Below, one piece after another: positions 43,526 through 54,300 of a DNA stretch of 64,000 nucleotides. This DNA comes from a plasmid: the sequence record NZ_CP019209.1. The stretch is one strand, 5' to 3'. How positions within the stretch are numbered: position 1 is the first letter of the stretch; each line of letters starts with the position of its first letter. The notes under the pieces were generated by a model. The model saw nothing but the letters and a program-made list of their open reading frames with translations, was not told where the DNA came from and made no database searches. Made by a program: the position numbers and the translations under genes.

Positions 43526-44260
43526 TCAGTTAGTGGAACGCAGATGCCTGATCTTATAATGAAATTTATCAGCCCGCGCTACACTTAATGTAAATTCAAT
43601 CACTTCGTTCTCGAGATTATAGGTTGAGCGAACTAAATGGAGCACTGGTGATCCTTCTGGAATATTTAGCAACTCACTATCTTCTTTCTGGACAATGCTG
43701 GCATAAAATTCCTCGTCAGCCAACCGTACGATTTGATTGAAATTCTCTGAAAACAAATTATATAAAGGTTTCAGAAATAGAATTTCTTGAGAAAGGGACA
43801 TAAATAGCTTCACTGGCAAATAGGATTTCTCGATCATCATTGGCAAATCATCAGCTAAGCGCAATCGGTCTAATTGAAATAAAGGCTCACCTAGTTGAAC
43901 ATTCAGATGACTCGCTAAATATTTAGTTGCTTCAATCTTCTTGAAGGCCAATATCTTGGTTTCAGGATGTTTGCCCATTGCCCGCATTTGTTCGGTAAAA
44001 CTATATGCGCCAGCTAGATCAGTCGCATTTGTCCTTAATTCCGAAACAAAGGTTCCTTTTCCATGTTGTCGATAAATGTAGCCCATTTTTTCCAGTTCTT
44101 GCAATGCTAGTCGCACCGTCGTGCGACTAACGCCATAAAAACTGGTCAACTCTCTTTCTGATGGCAGCTTGTCATGAGCGACCATACTGTTTTCGATTCG
44201 TTGTTTCAATATTTCTACCAGCTGATAATAAAGTGATTTTGATTGAAAGGTATTTTGCAT
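43526..44260 (-). CDS. GntR/HutC-family transcriptional regulator (HTH plus UTRA)
   Basis: 244 aa; PSERELTSFYGVSRTTVRLALQELEKMGYI HTH. Confidence 0.8.
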   Translation of the reverse strand: MQNTFQSKSLYYQLVEILKQRIENSMVAHDKLPSERELTSFYGVSRTTVRLALQELEKMGYIYRQHGKGTFVSELRTNATDLAGAYSFTEQMRAMGKHPETKILAFKKIEATKYLASHLNVQLGEPLFQLDRLRLADDLPMMIEKSYLPVKLFMSLSQEILFLKPLYNLFSENFNQIVRLADEEFYASIVQKEDSELLNIPEGSPVLHLVRSTYNLENEVIEFTLSVARADKFHYKIRHLRSTN

Positions 44261-45030
44261 CGATGTCTCTCCTAACTGGCTATAACCACAATGTAAGTAT
44301 AGTAGTGGTATTTTTTATGAGTCAATACTAAGAACAATCTTTTTTTTATTTTCATTTTTAGTCTTGTTAATATGATTGACATCACTGACTTTAATAGGAA
44401 TAAAAGGAAATGAAAAATAATTTTCCAACTTTTTTCATTCAAGAACACCCTCTATTTTTTTCTTTTTCTCTCTTCAACTGGTATCTTTTTTTAGCTCCTA
44501 CCCTTCATCAATCAACAATTTGCCTCAAACTATCAAATGACTACTTACCAGTGAATTGAACGATTTTCGGAAGACGGAGGAAAAGTGCAACGCATTTGCT
44601 TTGGTTTCAAATCATTTATGAACATGAAAATTAAAGTTGAAACGTATTCAAAAGGGAGTCTATGAGAATAAATTCCTCTAATACTAGCTCGTGTATCAAG
44701 TTGCTGGCTTTGTCCTTTCGTTCTCTCTTAAGAGGAATTTATGTTGTTTCTTATCCCTTTTAAAGGTCTCTGTATTCTCCAGTTTATCTGAATTCGTATC
44801 ATAATTTTTCTTATTCTTGAATAACTTTTTTTATTATCACTTCGTTTAGTCAACCGTGCTTATATAATATCCTTCTACCTCGAAATAGCATTTTTCAAAC
44901 TTTGGAATGGCAACAGTTTTTTTGACAAATTTTATAAGGTGCAGAACTTCTTTCCGTATGCTATTCCGATTGTCCTTGACAATGAGCCTCCTCGGATGTG
45001 ACGATCTTCGGCAGGAGCTAACAGTTAAAG

Positions 45031-45867
45031 TTAGACTGCCTCGCTAGCGTTAGCACATCCGAGCTCATTATCAAGGATTCGCTGCGCCAATCTCTGGTTA
45101 CGGTAACCAACCGGTGTCTCGTAGCCAAGTGTACCGTGCAACCGAAGGTGGTTCCACCAATTGACATAGTCAAATAACTCCAAATCCAATTGTTGTAAGG
45201 TTTCAAATGTGTATTGATAGACAAATTCTACTTTCAACGACTTATAAGTTGATTCAGCTACGGCATTATCAAAAGGACAGCCTTTATGACTCAATGATCG
45301 ATTGATGTCAAAAGTTGTTAATAATTCATCAATAGCTTGGTTATCAAACTCTTTTCCACGATCAGTATGAAAAATCTCAACCTCTGTCAGAGGTTGTTTG
45401 ATACGGCTAAATGCTTTTTTTACTAGAACGGCATCTTTATGTTCTCCACAAGAATAGCCGAGAATTTCTCGATTGAACAGATCCAAAATGAAACAGACAT
45501 AATTCCATTTTTTCCCGACTCGTACATAAGTCAAGTCTGTTACGATCGCTTCTAATGGGTTGTCTCTTAAGAATTTACGATTCAATACGTTTGTCGTTTT
45601 GGCTTCATTGCAAGTAGAATGATGTACTTTAAAATAAGCAACAGTATAGCTCGATTTTAATCCTCTATTTTTCATGATTCTACTAATTTTTCGTCGGCTG
45701 ATCTGAATGCCTCGTTTTGATAAGGCTTTTTTTATTTTTCTTGAGCCGTAGGCCTTTCGGCTGCGGATAAATTCTTCAGCGACTACTTCTTCAAGTTCTG
45801 ATTCGTCTTTCTTTGGTTTTGATTGATAATAATAGGACTGACGTGATAGACCTAATATTCTGCACAT
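45031..45867 (-). CDS. IS3-family transposase OrfB
   Basis: 278 aa identical to 29949..30785. Confidence 0.85.
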   Translation of the reverse strand: MCRILGLSRQSYYYQSKPKKDESELEEVVAEEFIRSRKAYGSRKIKKALSKRGIQISRRKISRIMKNRGLKSSYTVAYFKVHHSTCNEAKTTNVLNRKFLRDNPLEAIVTDLTYVRVGKKWNYVCFILDLFNREILGYSCGEHKDAVLVKKAFSRIKQPLTEVEIFHTDRGKEFDNQAIDELLTTFDINRSLSHKGCPFDNAVAESTYKSLKVEFVYQYTFETLQQLDLELFDYVNWWNHLRLHGTLGYETPVGYRNQRLAQRILDNELGCANASEAV

Positions 45868-45902
45868 CGCTGATATAGGGTAAAGATGCTTATTCGCATC
45901 GA

Positions 45903-46193
45903 TTACTTGTCTCTTCGTCCGAATATCAGCGCTGCTTGCTTTAAAATATCATTTTCCATTTCTAATTGCTGGTTTCTTTTACGTAGTTCTAACAATTCTT
46001 TTTGTTCAGGCGTAAGATTATCTTTTTCTTTGAATGAACCACTCGTTTTAGATTGCTTTACCCATTTGTCAAATGCTGAAGCCGTTAGTTCATATTCTCG
46101 AATGATTTCTACACGTGGCTTTCCAGCTAAGTAAAGATTGACGATTTGTTGCTTGAATTCTTGTGAAAAAGTTCTTCGTGTTCTCTTAGACAT
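45903..46193 (-). CDS. IS3-family transposase OrfA
   Basis: MSKRTRRTFSQEFKQQIVNLY... Confidence 0.85.
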   Translation of the reverse strand: MSKRTRRTFSQEFKQQIVNLYLAGKPRVEIIREYELTASAFDKWVKQSKTSGSFKEKDNLTPEQKELLELRKRNQQLEMENDILKQAALIFGRRDK

Positions 46194-46441
46194 AAAAATT
46201 CCTCCTGGTATGTTTTCTTCTAGTCTACACACCTTAATTTTTCTGTCTAGTTAATTGTAGCCTATCCACTTATATTATAAATTCACATGATTATCGAATT
46301 TTATTAAGTTAGTTTTTCTTGTAAATCTCTGTTCCCAATGAAACTCGAGACACTTATTTTAAAGAGGAAACAATGTGGTATTTAAATAGCCCTCTTGTGA
46401 TGTGCACCCCAAAAGTTAGACTAGAAATCTAATTAAAAGGG

Positions 46442-46987
46442 GTGCTTTTTTTGCGGAAATATACATTTGTTTTTAAGAAAAAAGTAGTTTCAGACTATTT
46501 AAATAACGAAGGCGGCTACAAATATCTTGCACATAAATATCAAATAAATCGTACACTGGTTAGACATTGGGTAAGGATTTATAACTATCATGGTTGGGAA
46601 GGCTTGGTTGGAGGTGGCAAAAGCTACACTACAAAATTTAAACTTGATGTTATAGAATATATGGAAACAAATGGTCTTTCTATCCAAGAAACTGCTAAAA
46701 AATTTAATATCGGTTCAAATAGAACTCTAAGTAAATGGATAGAGCAATATGAAGAAGGCGGTGCTTCTTCACTTGAGAGCCAAAAAAGGGGCAGAAAAAT
46801 TAGTATGAATTCCAAGCTAAACATTCCTAAAAAACTTAAAGATGAGTCTCTTGAAGAAGAAGTTATTCGTTTAAGAGCAGAGAACGCATATTTAAAAAAG
46901 TTAGAAACCTTGATTCAAGAACAAGATTTGAGCAAGAAGAAATCAAGGTTAAAACAATCCTTCAGCTCAAAAAAGAATTTAAATTGA
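46442..46987 (+). CDS. IS3-family transposase OrfA
   Basis: 181 aa, HTH plus leucine-zipper tail (LRAENAYLKKLETLIQE). Confidence 0.75.
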   Translation: MLFLRKYTFVFKKKVVSDYLNNEGGYKYLAHKYQINRTLVRHWVRIYNYHGWEGLVGGGKSYTTKFKLDVIEYMETNGLSIQETAKKFNIGSNRTLSKWIEQYEEGGASSLESQKRGRKISMNSKLNIPKKLKDESLEEEVIRLRAENAYLKKLETLIQEQDLSKKKSRLKQSFSSKKNLN

Positions 46988-47790
46988 ATCTATTACTTTC
47001 AATTGCACAATTAGCGAAGTCAACTTATTATTACTGGGTAAAAAAATTAGATAAGCCAGATAAATATAGCAAGATAAAGCAAGAAATTACAGCGATTGTA
47101 AAAGAATCAAGAAACTCTTATGGTTATCGTAGAGTCACTTTAGCGTTAAAGATGAAAGGATATACAATCAATCATAAAACAGTTAGAAAATTAATGTCCC
47201 AAATGGGACTTACCTGTCAAATCCGAATAAAGCGATATAAATCTTATAAAGGAACAGTAGGAAAAATTGCCAAGAATGTGTTAAAACGAAATTTTTCAGT
47301 AGATACACCCAATAAAAAATGGGTGACAGACGTCACTGAATTCAAGATAAAAGGAAGAAAAATCTATCTATCTCCTATACTTGATTTATTTAACGGAGAA
47401 ATAATTAGTTATAGTATATCAACTAGTCCAACATATAAACTGATTGAAGAAATGCTTCAACAAGCAATTAAAAAAAAGGGAACTGAGGGTTCACTGATTC
47501 TACATTCAGATCAAGGATGGCAGTATCAGATGCCACAATATCAAAAAAAATTAAAAGAGAATAACATTATTCAAAGCATGTCTAGAAAAGGAAATTGCTT
47601 AGATAATTCTGTAATAGAAAATTTTTTTGGTGTGCTTAAATCAGAGTTTTTTTATCGAGAAAAATTCCGATCAATTGAGATATTTCAAAGTAAATTAAAT
47701 GAGTATATTAGGTGGTATAATAACAAAAGGATAAAACTAAAGTTAAATGGACTATCTCCAGTAGAATATCGGAAACAGTCCATTAAATAG
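46984..47790 (+). CDS. IS3-family transposase OrfB (DDE)
   Basis: 268 aa; HSDQGWQYQ ... SRKGNCLDNSVIENFF rve core. Confidence 0.8.
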   Translation: MNLLLSIAQLAKSTYYYWVKKLDKPDKYSKIKQEITAIVKESRNSYGYRRVTLALKMKGYTINHKTVRKLMSQMGLTCQIRIKRYKSYKGTVGKIAKNVLKRNFSVDTPNKKWVTDVTEFKIKGRKIYLSPILDLFNGEIISYSISTSPTYKLIEEMLQQAIKKKGTEGSLILHSDQGWQYQMPQYQKKLKENNIIQSMSRKGNCLDNSVIENFFGVLKSEFFYREKFRSIEIFQSKLNEYIRWYNNKRIKLKLNGLSPVEYRKQSIK

Positions 47791-48180
47791 TTCAACTTTT
47801 GGGGTTCAGTTCATTGTATGGGCTACTCTGTGATACTTATTAGCCATTAAACTATTTTACCCACATAGCATATATTTTGAAATCGTTCATTCCGTAAATT
47901 CAACTAAATATGCCTAAAAAAATAAAAAATCTAAGATAGAATAAGATTTATTCAGTCTTAGATGGATTTATAGCAACTTTTTCGTAACAACTTTAAAAAA
48001 TACGAAAAGAAAGAGCTGTTTTACTCTGACTACGTTGCTAAATTGTCGTTTAATCATTCATTTAAACCAAATCTTTTTTTATAGAATTCGTTTTAATCCT
48101 CCTGAATCCAAAAACTATGAAAACCGTAATTAAATAGTTAAGAGTTTTTAACCACCATAATTCTCTCGGCTATTTTGAAA

Positions 48181-49473
48181 TCAGATAAATTTTGATCGGA
48201 CACATAGTTGAATAAACCTACCGTTGTTACGGAAGGTAAATCGCATACTTTTCATTCTAGAGGAGAAGGTCTCGTTGATCATTAACTGATTAAGCACCAT
48301 AGCCCAGTTTTGAATTCGACCACCTGACCACTTCGCGTGTAATTCTTTCGTGCGTAAATAAAGTAGTTTTAGGAGTGCATTCTCATTAGAGAACGCTCCT
48401 TTTTTTGTGACTTTTCTGAAGCTGGAGTGGACACTTTCAACCGCATTGGTAGTGTACATAATTTTTCGAATGGCACTACCATAATCAAATAGTTGTTCAA
48501 CATGTGCAAAGTTCCGTTTCCAGACATCTACAGCACCAGAATAATGAGACCACCGATTTTGAAAACTGTCAAAAGCAGCATGTGCAGCGTTTAGAGAAGA
48601 AGCACCGTAGAACTTTTTCATATCTCGGCAGACTTCCTTATAGTCCTTACTTGGAATATAGCGCAATGCATTTCGAACAAGATGAACAATACAGCGCTGA
48701 ACAATTACCGATGGAAAGATCGCTTTTGCGCCTTCTTCGAGGCCAGAAACACCGTCCATCGAAATGAAAAAGACATCTTCGACACCACGTGCTTTCAGTT
48801 CATCAAATACTTGCATCCAGCGATTTTTAGATTCTGTTTGATTTAACCATAATCCTAAAATCTCCTTATTTCCTTTGAGATCATAGCCAAGAATGGTGTA
48901 TACAGCATATTCTTTGGCTTCATAATTTTCTCGTAAAGTAACATACATACAATCAACGAATAGAAAGGCATAACACTTTGCTAGGGGGCGGGCTTGCCAT
49001 TCTTCCAATTCAGGAAGGACAGCGTCAGTGATATCTGAAATCATTTCATGGGAAATATCAAAGCCATAAATAGCTTCGACGGTTGCGGCAATATCTCGTT
49101 GACTCATTCCTCGTGCATACATGGAAAGAACCTTCCCTTCGATGTCGGAGACATCTCGTTTTCTCTTAGGAATTAACTCTGGTTCAAAGGAAGCTTCCCG
49201 GTCTCTAGGAACATCAATAGCTACTTCACCAAAACTGGTTTTAAGCGTTTTAGTTCCATAGCCATTTCGACGGTTATCGTGTTCCTTAGGCTCTTTAGAA
49301 TGGGCATCATAACCTAAATGATTATTCAATTCTCCTTGAAGCATTTTTTCAAAAAGGGGCCCAAACACATCTTTCAAAGCATCTTGCATGTCATCGACAG
49401 ATTCAGGTTGATAGGCATTCAGAATGGATTCAGCTAACTTTTCGGCATCAGGATTTCTTTTCTTTCTAGCCAT
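48181..49473 (-). CDS. IS256-family (mutator-type) transposase, second subtype
   Basis: MARKKRNPDAEKLAES...; conserved IS256-family core (VPRDR, FVDCMYV, CIVHLVRN). Confidence 0.75.
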   Translation of the reverse strand: MARKKRNPDAEKLAESILNAYQPESVDDMQDALKDVFGPLFEKMLQGELNNHLGYDAHSKEPKEHDNRRNGYGTKTLKTSFGEVAIDVPRDREASFEPELIPKRKRDVSDIEGKVLSMYARGMSQRDIAATVEAIYGFDISHEMISDITDAVLPELEEWQARPLAKCYAFLFVDCMYVTLRENYEAKEYAVYTILGYDLKGNKEILGLWLNQTESKNRWMQVFDELKARGVEDVFFISMDGVSGLEEGAKAIFPSVIVQRCIVHLVRNALRYIPSKDYKEVCRDMKKFYGASSLNAAHAAFDSFQNRWSHYSGAVDVWKRNFAHVEQLFDYGSAIRKIMYTTNAVESVHSSFRKVTKKGAFSNENALLKLLYLRTKELHAKWSGGRIQNWAMVLNQLMINETFSSRMKSMRFTFRNNGRFIQLCVRSKFI

Positions 49474-49746
49474 CGTGTAATCACCTCTTGATCTTATTGT
49501 AGAAAAAGAAAAACCGCGAAGCAACCACCTGCCTAGGATTAATGGTTACTTACACGGTTTATATTACACTCTCATCATTAAAAAAGTATCTTTCGATATT
49601 ACTAAACAATGAAATTATCTATTTGAAATTTAAATCTGATAATATATTGAGTGTTCCAATGAGGGCTTTGATCCTATTATCCATATCTTTTTCAGTTTTA
49701 ATATTGATACACATTATAAGAAAAAGAAACTTTTGGTTAATTTATT

Positions 49747-50007
49747 TCATCCCAGTGCAAAATATAAAAAAGTAAAATAGACCATAGGCAATAGATTAAC
49801 AATTAATATAATACAAGCAAATATTCTATTCATTGTATTTCTGCTTTCAAAAAGTTCTAATATTGAAAGTATAATTCCACAAATGCCTATAATAAGTATG
49901 GGAATAAGATTAGAAAATAACACCCCGAGCCAATCTGTGAAAATTACTATATTTACTAATATCCCTATTAACATACCTATCATATTTATTAAATCAATTT
50001 TTTTCAT
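49747..50007 (-). CDS. hypothetical small membrane protein (2-3 TM)
   Basis: 86-aa hydrophobic ORF in an IS-flanked gap. No family assigned; may be spurious. Confidence 0.2.
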   Translation of the reverse strand: MKKIDLINMIGMLIGILVNIVIFTDWLGVLFSNLIPILIIGICGIILSILELFESRNTMNRIFACIILIVNLLPMVYFTFLYFALG

Positions 50008-50147
50008 TAGATATTTCTCCTTTATTAAATCTGAAGTACTTATATTAAAATAATTCTAAACTATTTACCTCAAAAAGTGCAATAAATTATTTCTGAACAA
50101 TAAAATGATAGTCAAAACAAAAAAATATTGTTAATCGTTCAGAGCCA

Positions 50148-51487
50148 TCCGAGAGTGTAAAATATTTTGTGTAAATGAAAAAATCCATACAAAAAAGGAA
50201 GGCGCTTCTGTAGAATAAAGTTAACGACAACCAATTCACAGAAAAGAGGACTTCCCTATGAATGATTTTACTACAGAAATTGTGCAAACTCTAGTCACTA
50301 AAGGCGGTTTAAATGAATTATTCCGTTCGCACTTAGAAAAAGCGATAAACACACTCCTACGGACTGAATTAACGGCTTTTTTAGATTACGAAAAATATGA
50401 TCGCACTGGTTTTAATTCAGGTAATTCGAGAAACGGTTCTTACTTTCGATCAATCAAAACCGAATATGGTGAATTAACATTGGAAATACCTAGAGATCGT
50501 AATGGTGAGTTTAAACAACAAACTTTACCAGCCTACAAAAGAACAAACGATACATTGGAAACCACTATTATCCATTTATTCGAAAAAGGTGTTACGATGT
50601 CTGAAATTGCTGATTTGATCGAAAAAATGTACGGTCATCACTATACTCCACAAACCATGTCCAACATGACTAAAGTTCTGACTGAAGAAGTAAATGCCTT
50701 TAAATCCAGAGCCTTAAATGATAAGTATGTCGCTATTTTTATGGACGCTACTTACATTCCACTAAAACGTCAAACCGTATCCAAAGAAGCGATTTATATT
50801 GCCATTGGTATACGAGAAGACGGCACTAAAGAAGTACTGAGTTATGCGATTGCTCCAACTGAATCAACATACGTTTGGAATGAGCTGCTACAGGATATTA
50901 ACTCCAGAGGAGTTCAAGAAGTCTTGCTTTTTATTACGGACGGCTTAAAAGGCATGAAAGATACTATCCATCAAATTTATCCTAAAGCAAAATATCAGCA
51001 TTGTTGTATCCATGTATCTCGTAACATCGCTCATAAAGTACGTGTCAAAGACCGAAAAGAAATCTGTGATGACTTTAAGGCTGTTTATCAAGCTAACTCA
51101 AAAGAAGAAGCGAATACCTTCTTATCCGGCATGATTGAGAAATGGAAGAAAAACTATCCTAAAGTGACGCAGTCACTCATAGAAAACCAAGACTTATTAA
51201 CTTTTTATGATTTTCCACCTAGCATTCGTAGAACCATTTACTCAACCAATCTAATCGAGTCTTTCAATAAGCAAATTAAAAGATACAGCCGTAGAAAAGA
51301 GCAGTTTCAAAATGAAGAATCACTAGAACGCTTTCTAGTCAGCATTTTTGATACATACAATCAAAAATTTCTAAACAGAAGCCATAAAGGTTTTCAACAG
51401 GTAACCGATACATTAGTTTCAATGTTTACTGAGTAACTAATTATTTTGCAGGAGGACAATTTATTTACACAAAATATTTTACACTCT
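50148..51487 (+). mobile_element. IS256-family IS, copy 2 (perfect IRs)
   Basis: IRL GAGAGTGTAAAATATTTTGTGTAAAT at 50148 and its reverse complement at ~51462-51487. Confidence 0.8.
50258..51436 (+). CDS. IS256-family transposase
   Basis: 392 aa. Confidence 0.85.
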   Translation: MNDFTTEIVQTLVTKGGLNELFRSHLEKAINTLLRTELTAFLDYEKYDRTGFNSGNSRNGSYFRSIKTEYGELTLEIPRDRNGEFKQQTLPAYKRTNDTLETTIIHLFEKGVTMSEIADLIEKMYGHHYTPQTMSNMTKVLTEEVNAFKSRALNDKYVAIFMDATYIPLKRQTVSKEAIYIAIGIREDGTKEVLSYAIAPTESTYVWNELLQDINSRGVQEVLLFITDGLKGMKDTIHQIYPKAKYQHCCIHVSRNIAHKVRVKDRKEICDDFKAVYQANSKEEANTFLSGMIEKWKKNYPKVTQSLIENQDLLTFYDFPPSIRRTIYSTNLIESFNKQIKRYSRRKEQFQNEESLERFLVSIFDTYNQKFLNRSHKGFQQVTDTLVSMFTE

Positions 51488-51699
51488 CTATTATTCTTTT
51501 CATAAATATTGTAAATAGAAGTATTAAAAATATATACAAAAAGTATTATTTCGAGAAAGATAAATATTTTCAAAAACCTTTTCATAATCCTCACCCTTTC
51601 TTACACTGATAAATCATGCGTCTAATATTCAAATTATACTCGATATGCTTTAGCTAATCAGCCAACTCTGTTTGTCTACTATCATTATATCAATAGACA

Positions 51700-52023
51700 A
51701 TATCTGCTCCCGTCTTTATGATCGTGCCAAAGCAATCAAAAGAAAATTGCGAATCACTTAGATCGAAAGTTTACTCAAACAAAAGCATTGTCAGCGGTTG
51801 TCACGGATTTAACTTATGTTCGGGTCGGGACAAATTGGGCTTATATTTGTTTGATGATTGATTTATTCAATCGTGAAATTATTGGCCATTCTTGCGGAAA
51901 TAAAAAAGATGCGCAGCTTGTAAAAAGGGCCATTCAAAGCATTCCTTACTCACTTCAAGAAATCGAACTCTTCCATACGGATCGTGGAAAAGAATTTGAT
52001 AACCAAACCATTCAGAATCTCAT
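51700..52023 (+). pseudogene. IS3-family orfB fragment (plus-strand copy), ends at the inverted junction
   Basis: VTDLTYVRVGTNWAYICLMIDLFNREIIGHSCG...LFHTDRGKEFDNQTI. Confidence 0.6.
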
Positions 52024-52505
52024 GAATGGTTTGGTTATCAAATTCCTTTCCACGGTCTGTATGAAAAAGCTTGACGTCTGTTAAAGAATACGGTATCCGT
52101 CCAAAGGCTTCTTTTACCAATGAGGCATCTTTCTTCTCACCACAGGAATAACCAATAATTTCTCGATTAAACAAATCAAGTATTAAGCAGATATAATGCC
52201 ACTTTTTCCCCACGCGAACATAAGTAAGATCCGTAACGATGGCTTCCAATGGCTGTTCTTGTGTAAAGGTCCGATCTAATACATTCGCTGTTTTCGCTTC
52301 ATTACAAGCTGTTCGTTGCCCTTTAAAATGAGCGATCGTATAGGTAGATGTCAATCCGCGGCGTTTCATGATTCGACCGATTCGGCGCCGACTGAGTTGA
52401 AGCCCACGCTTTGCTAAACACTTCTTCAATTTTCGGGTACCGTAAGCCTTTCGGTTTCGCTTGATAATAGTAGGTCTGACGAGAAATATTTAGAATTTTG
52501 CACAT
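52024..52505 (-). pseudogene. IS3-family orfB, 3'-truncated at the inverted junction
   Basis: VTDLTYVRVGKKWHYICLILDLFNREIIGYSCG...LFHTDRGKEFDNQTIHEIL then junction. Contiguous with orfA and IRL. Confidence 0.65.
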
Positions 52506-52540
52506 CGCTGATATGGAATATTTATGCTTGTTGGCATCAA

Positions 52541-52831
52541 TTACTTGTCTTTTCGTCCGAATATCAGCGCCGCTTGCTTTAAAATATCATTCTCCATTTC
52601 GAGTTGCTTATTTTTCTTTCTTAGTGCGATCAATTCTGCTTGTTCTGGTGTTAAGTTGTCTCTTTTTTTGAATGAGCCCGTTGATTGTGCTTGCTTCATC
52701 CATTTATCGAAAGAAGAAGGCGTAAGCTCATACTCTCGAATAATTTCTGCGCGAGGCTTACCAGCGAGATAGAGATTGACGATTTGTTGTTTGAATTCTT
52801 TTGAATAGGTTCTTCGTTGACGTCTTGACAT
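52541..52831 (-). CDS. IS3-family transposase OrfA
   Basis: MSRRQRRTYSKEFKQQIVNLYLAGKPRAEIIREYELTPSSFDKW...; IRL at ~52880-52907. Confidence 0.8.
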   Translation of the reverse strand: MSRRQRRTYSKEFKQQIVNLYLAGKPRAEIIREYELTPSSFDKWMKQAQSTGSFKKRDNLTPEQAELIALRKKNKQLEMENDILKQAALIFGRKDK

Positions 52832-53032
52832 GAAAAATCCTCCAGTGTGTTTTTTATTATTCTACACACCTTATTTTTTCTGTCTAGTCTAGTGTAGCCG
52901 ATTCACATAAAATGGACTTTGTCTACAGTCTGTATCTTCTCTTTTTGTGTCTACTTTATTGACATCTATCCAATTAGTAATCAATAAATATTTCAATAAT
53001 AGTCTAGCTATATATAAATAACATTACAAAAC

Positions 53033-53428
53033 CTAAAGAATTATATCTGATAACCTTCCATGTTTTTCATATGATGTTACTCTTTCAACTTTATTATTAT
53101 CATCGACAAAAACAACCTTAGGTCTATGATCCTTAACCTCATTTTCATTTAATTCACAATATGCCATTAAAATTATTTTATCTCCAGTTGATACACATCT
53201 AGCTGCAGCTCCATTCAAGCAAATCATCCCTGTTCCTCTCTCTCCAGCTATTGTATAAGTTTCAAATCTATTTCCATTATTAACATCAACTATTTGTACT
53301 TTTTCATATTCATATATTCCTGCTGCTTCTAATAAATTCATATCAACAGTAATACTTCCTACATAATCTAACTCAGCTTGTTCAACTGTAGCTCTATGTA
53401 TTTTTCCTTTTAACATTGTAACTTTCAT
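53033..53428 (-). CDS. panD: aspartate 1-decarboxylase
   Basis: [25 protein letters not shown] with the G-S self-cleavage site. RBS AGGGGG 6 nt before the ATG. Confidence 0.85.
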   Translation of the reverse strand: MKVTMLKGKIHRATVEQAELDYVGSITVDMNLLEAAGIYEYEKVQIVDVNNGNRFETYTIAGERGTGMICLNGAAARCVSTGDKIILMAYCELNENEVKDHRPKVVFVDDNNKVERVTSYEKHGRLSDIIL

Positions 53429-53437
53429 TATAGCCCC

Positions 53438-54286
53438 CTATTGTAATTCAAATGTAAAATTATCTATTAATCTTGTTTTTCCTATAAATACTGCTATTGC
53501 AACTAAAACTGATTTTTCAATATAATTTACTCTTTGTAATGATAAAGAATCAACAACTTCTACATAATCAATCTTTGCCAAATTATAAGTATTTATATTT
53601 TTACTTATTATCTCAATTATTTTTAAGCTGTCTCTCTCTCCATTATTTAAAGCTTCCTTAGCTAAAGTTAAAGATTTATTTAAAATAGTAGCTGAAGATC
53701 TTTCCTCTAAACTTAAGTATGTGTTTCTAGAACTTTTAGCTAGTCCATCCTCTTCCCTTATAATTGGACACCCTACAACGTCTATATCAATATTAAGGTC
53801 CCTAACCATTCTTTTAATTACAGCTAACTGTTGTGCATCCTTTTCTCCAAAATAAGCTCTATCTGCTGGTATTATGTTAAATAATTTACTTACAACAGTG
53901 CAAACCCCTCTAAAATGTATTGGCCTACTAGCTCCACATAAACCTTCTGTTAATCCAGTTATATTAACAAAAGTACTTGCATTGTCACAATACATCTCTT
54001 CAACTTCAGGATTAAATATTGCTGTTGCTCTACCTCTTGTGCATACTTCTATATCTCTTTCTAAGTCTCTTGGATAACTACCTAAATCTTCATTTTTCCC
54101 AAACTGAGTTGGATTTACAAAGATACTTACAACAACTTTATCATTTTCTTTTGATGCTTTTCTAATTAAACTTTCATGACCTTCATGTAAATATCCCATA
54201 GTAGGAACTAATCCTACCTTTAAGCCTTGTTTTTTCCACTCTTTTACTTGACTTCTAACATCATTCACTGTTTTAAATATAACCAT
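53438..54286 (-). CDS. panC: pantoate--beta-alanine ligase
   Basis: 282 aa; VPTMGYLHEGHESLI HIGH-like motif. Confidence 0.85.
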   Translation of the reverse strand: MVIFKTVNDVRSQVKEWKKQGLKVGLVPTMGYLHEGHESLIRKASKENDKVVVSIFVNPTQFGKNEDLGSYPRDLERDIEVCTRGRATAIFNPEVEEMYCDNASTFVNITGLTEGLCGASRPIHFRGVCTVVSKLFNIIPADRAYFGEKDAQQLAVIKRMVRDLNIDIDVVGCPIIREEDGLAKSSRNTYLSLEERSSATILNKSLTLAKEALNNGERDSLKIIEIISKNINTYNLAKIDYVEVVDSLSLQRVNYIEKSVLVAIAVFIGKTRLIDNFTFELQ

Positions 54287-54300
54287 ATTTCTTGACCCTT

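Larger units (their letters stand above)
44906..46268 (-). mobile_element. IS3-family IS, copy B (inverted relative to copy A)
   Basis: OrfB identical to copy A. OrfA has one aa difference (F to S). Same termini. Confidence 0.85.
46396..47813 (+). mobile_element. IS3-family (IS150-group-like) IS
   Basis: IRs TGTGCACCCCAAAAGTTAGAC ... AACTTTTGGGGTTCAGTTCA bracket orfA/orfB. Confidence 0.7.

Noticed and set aside
49542-49775. 77-aa plus-strand ORF overlapping the 86-aa minus-strand membrane ORF
   Set aside because: The two hydrophobic ORFs overlap each other in an AT-rich gap between ISs. At most one is real, and neither has recognisable homology
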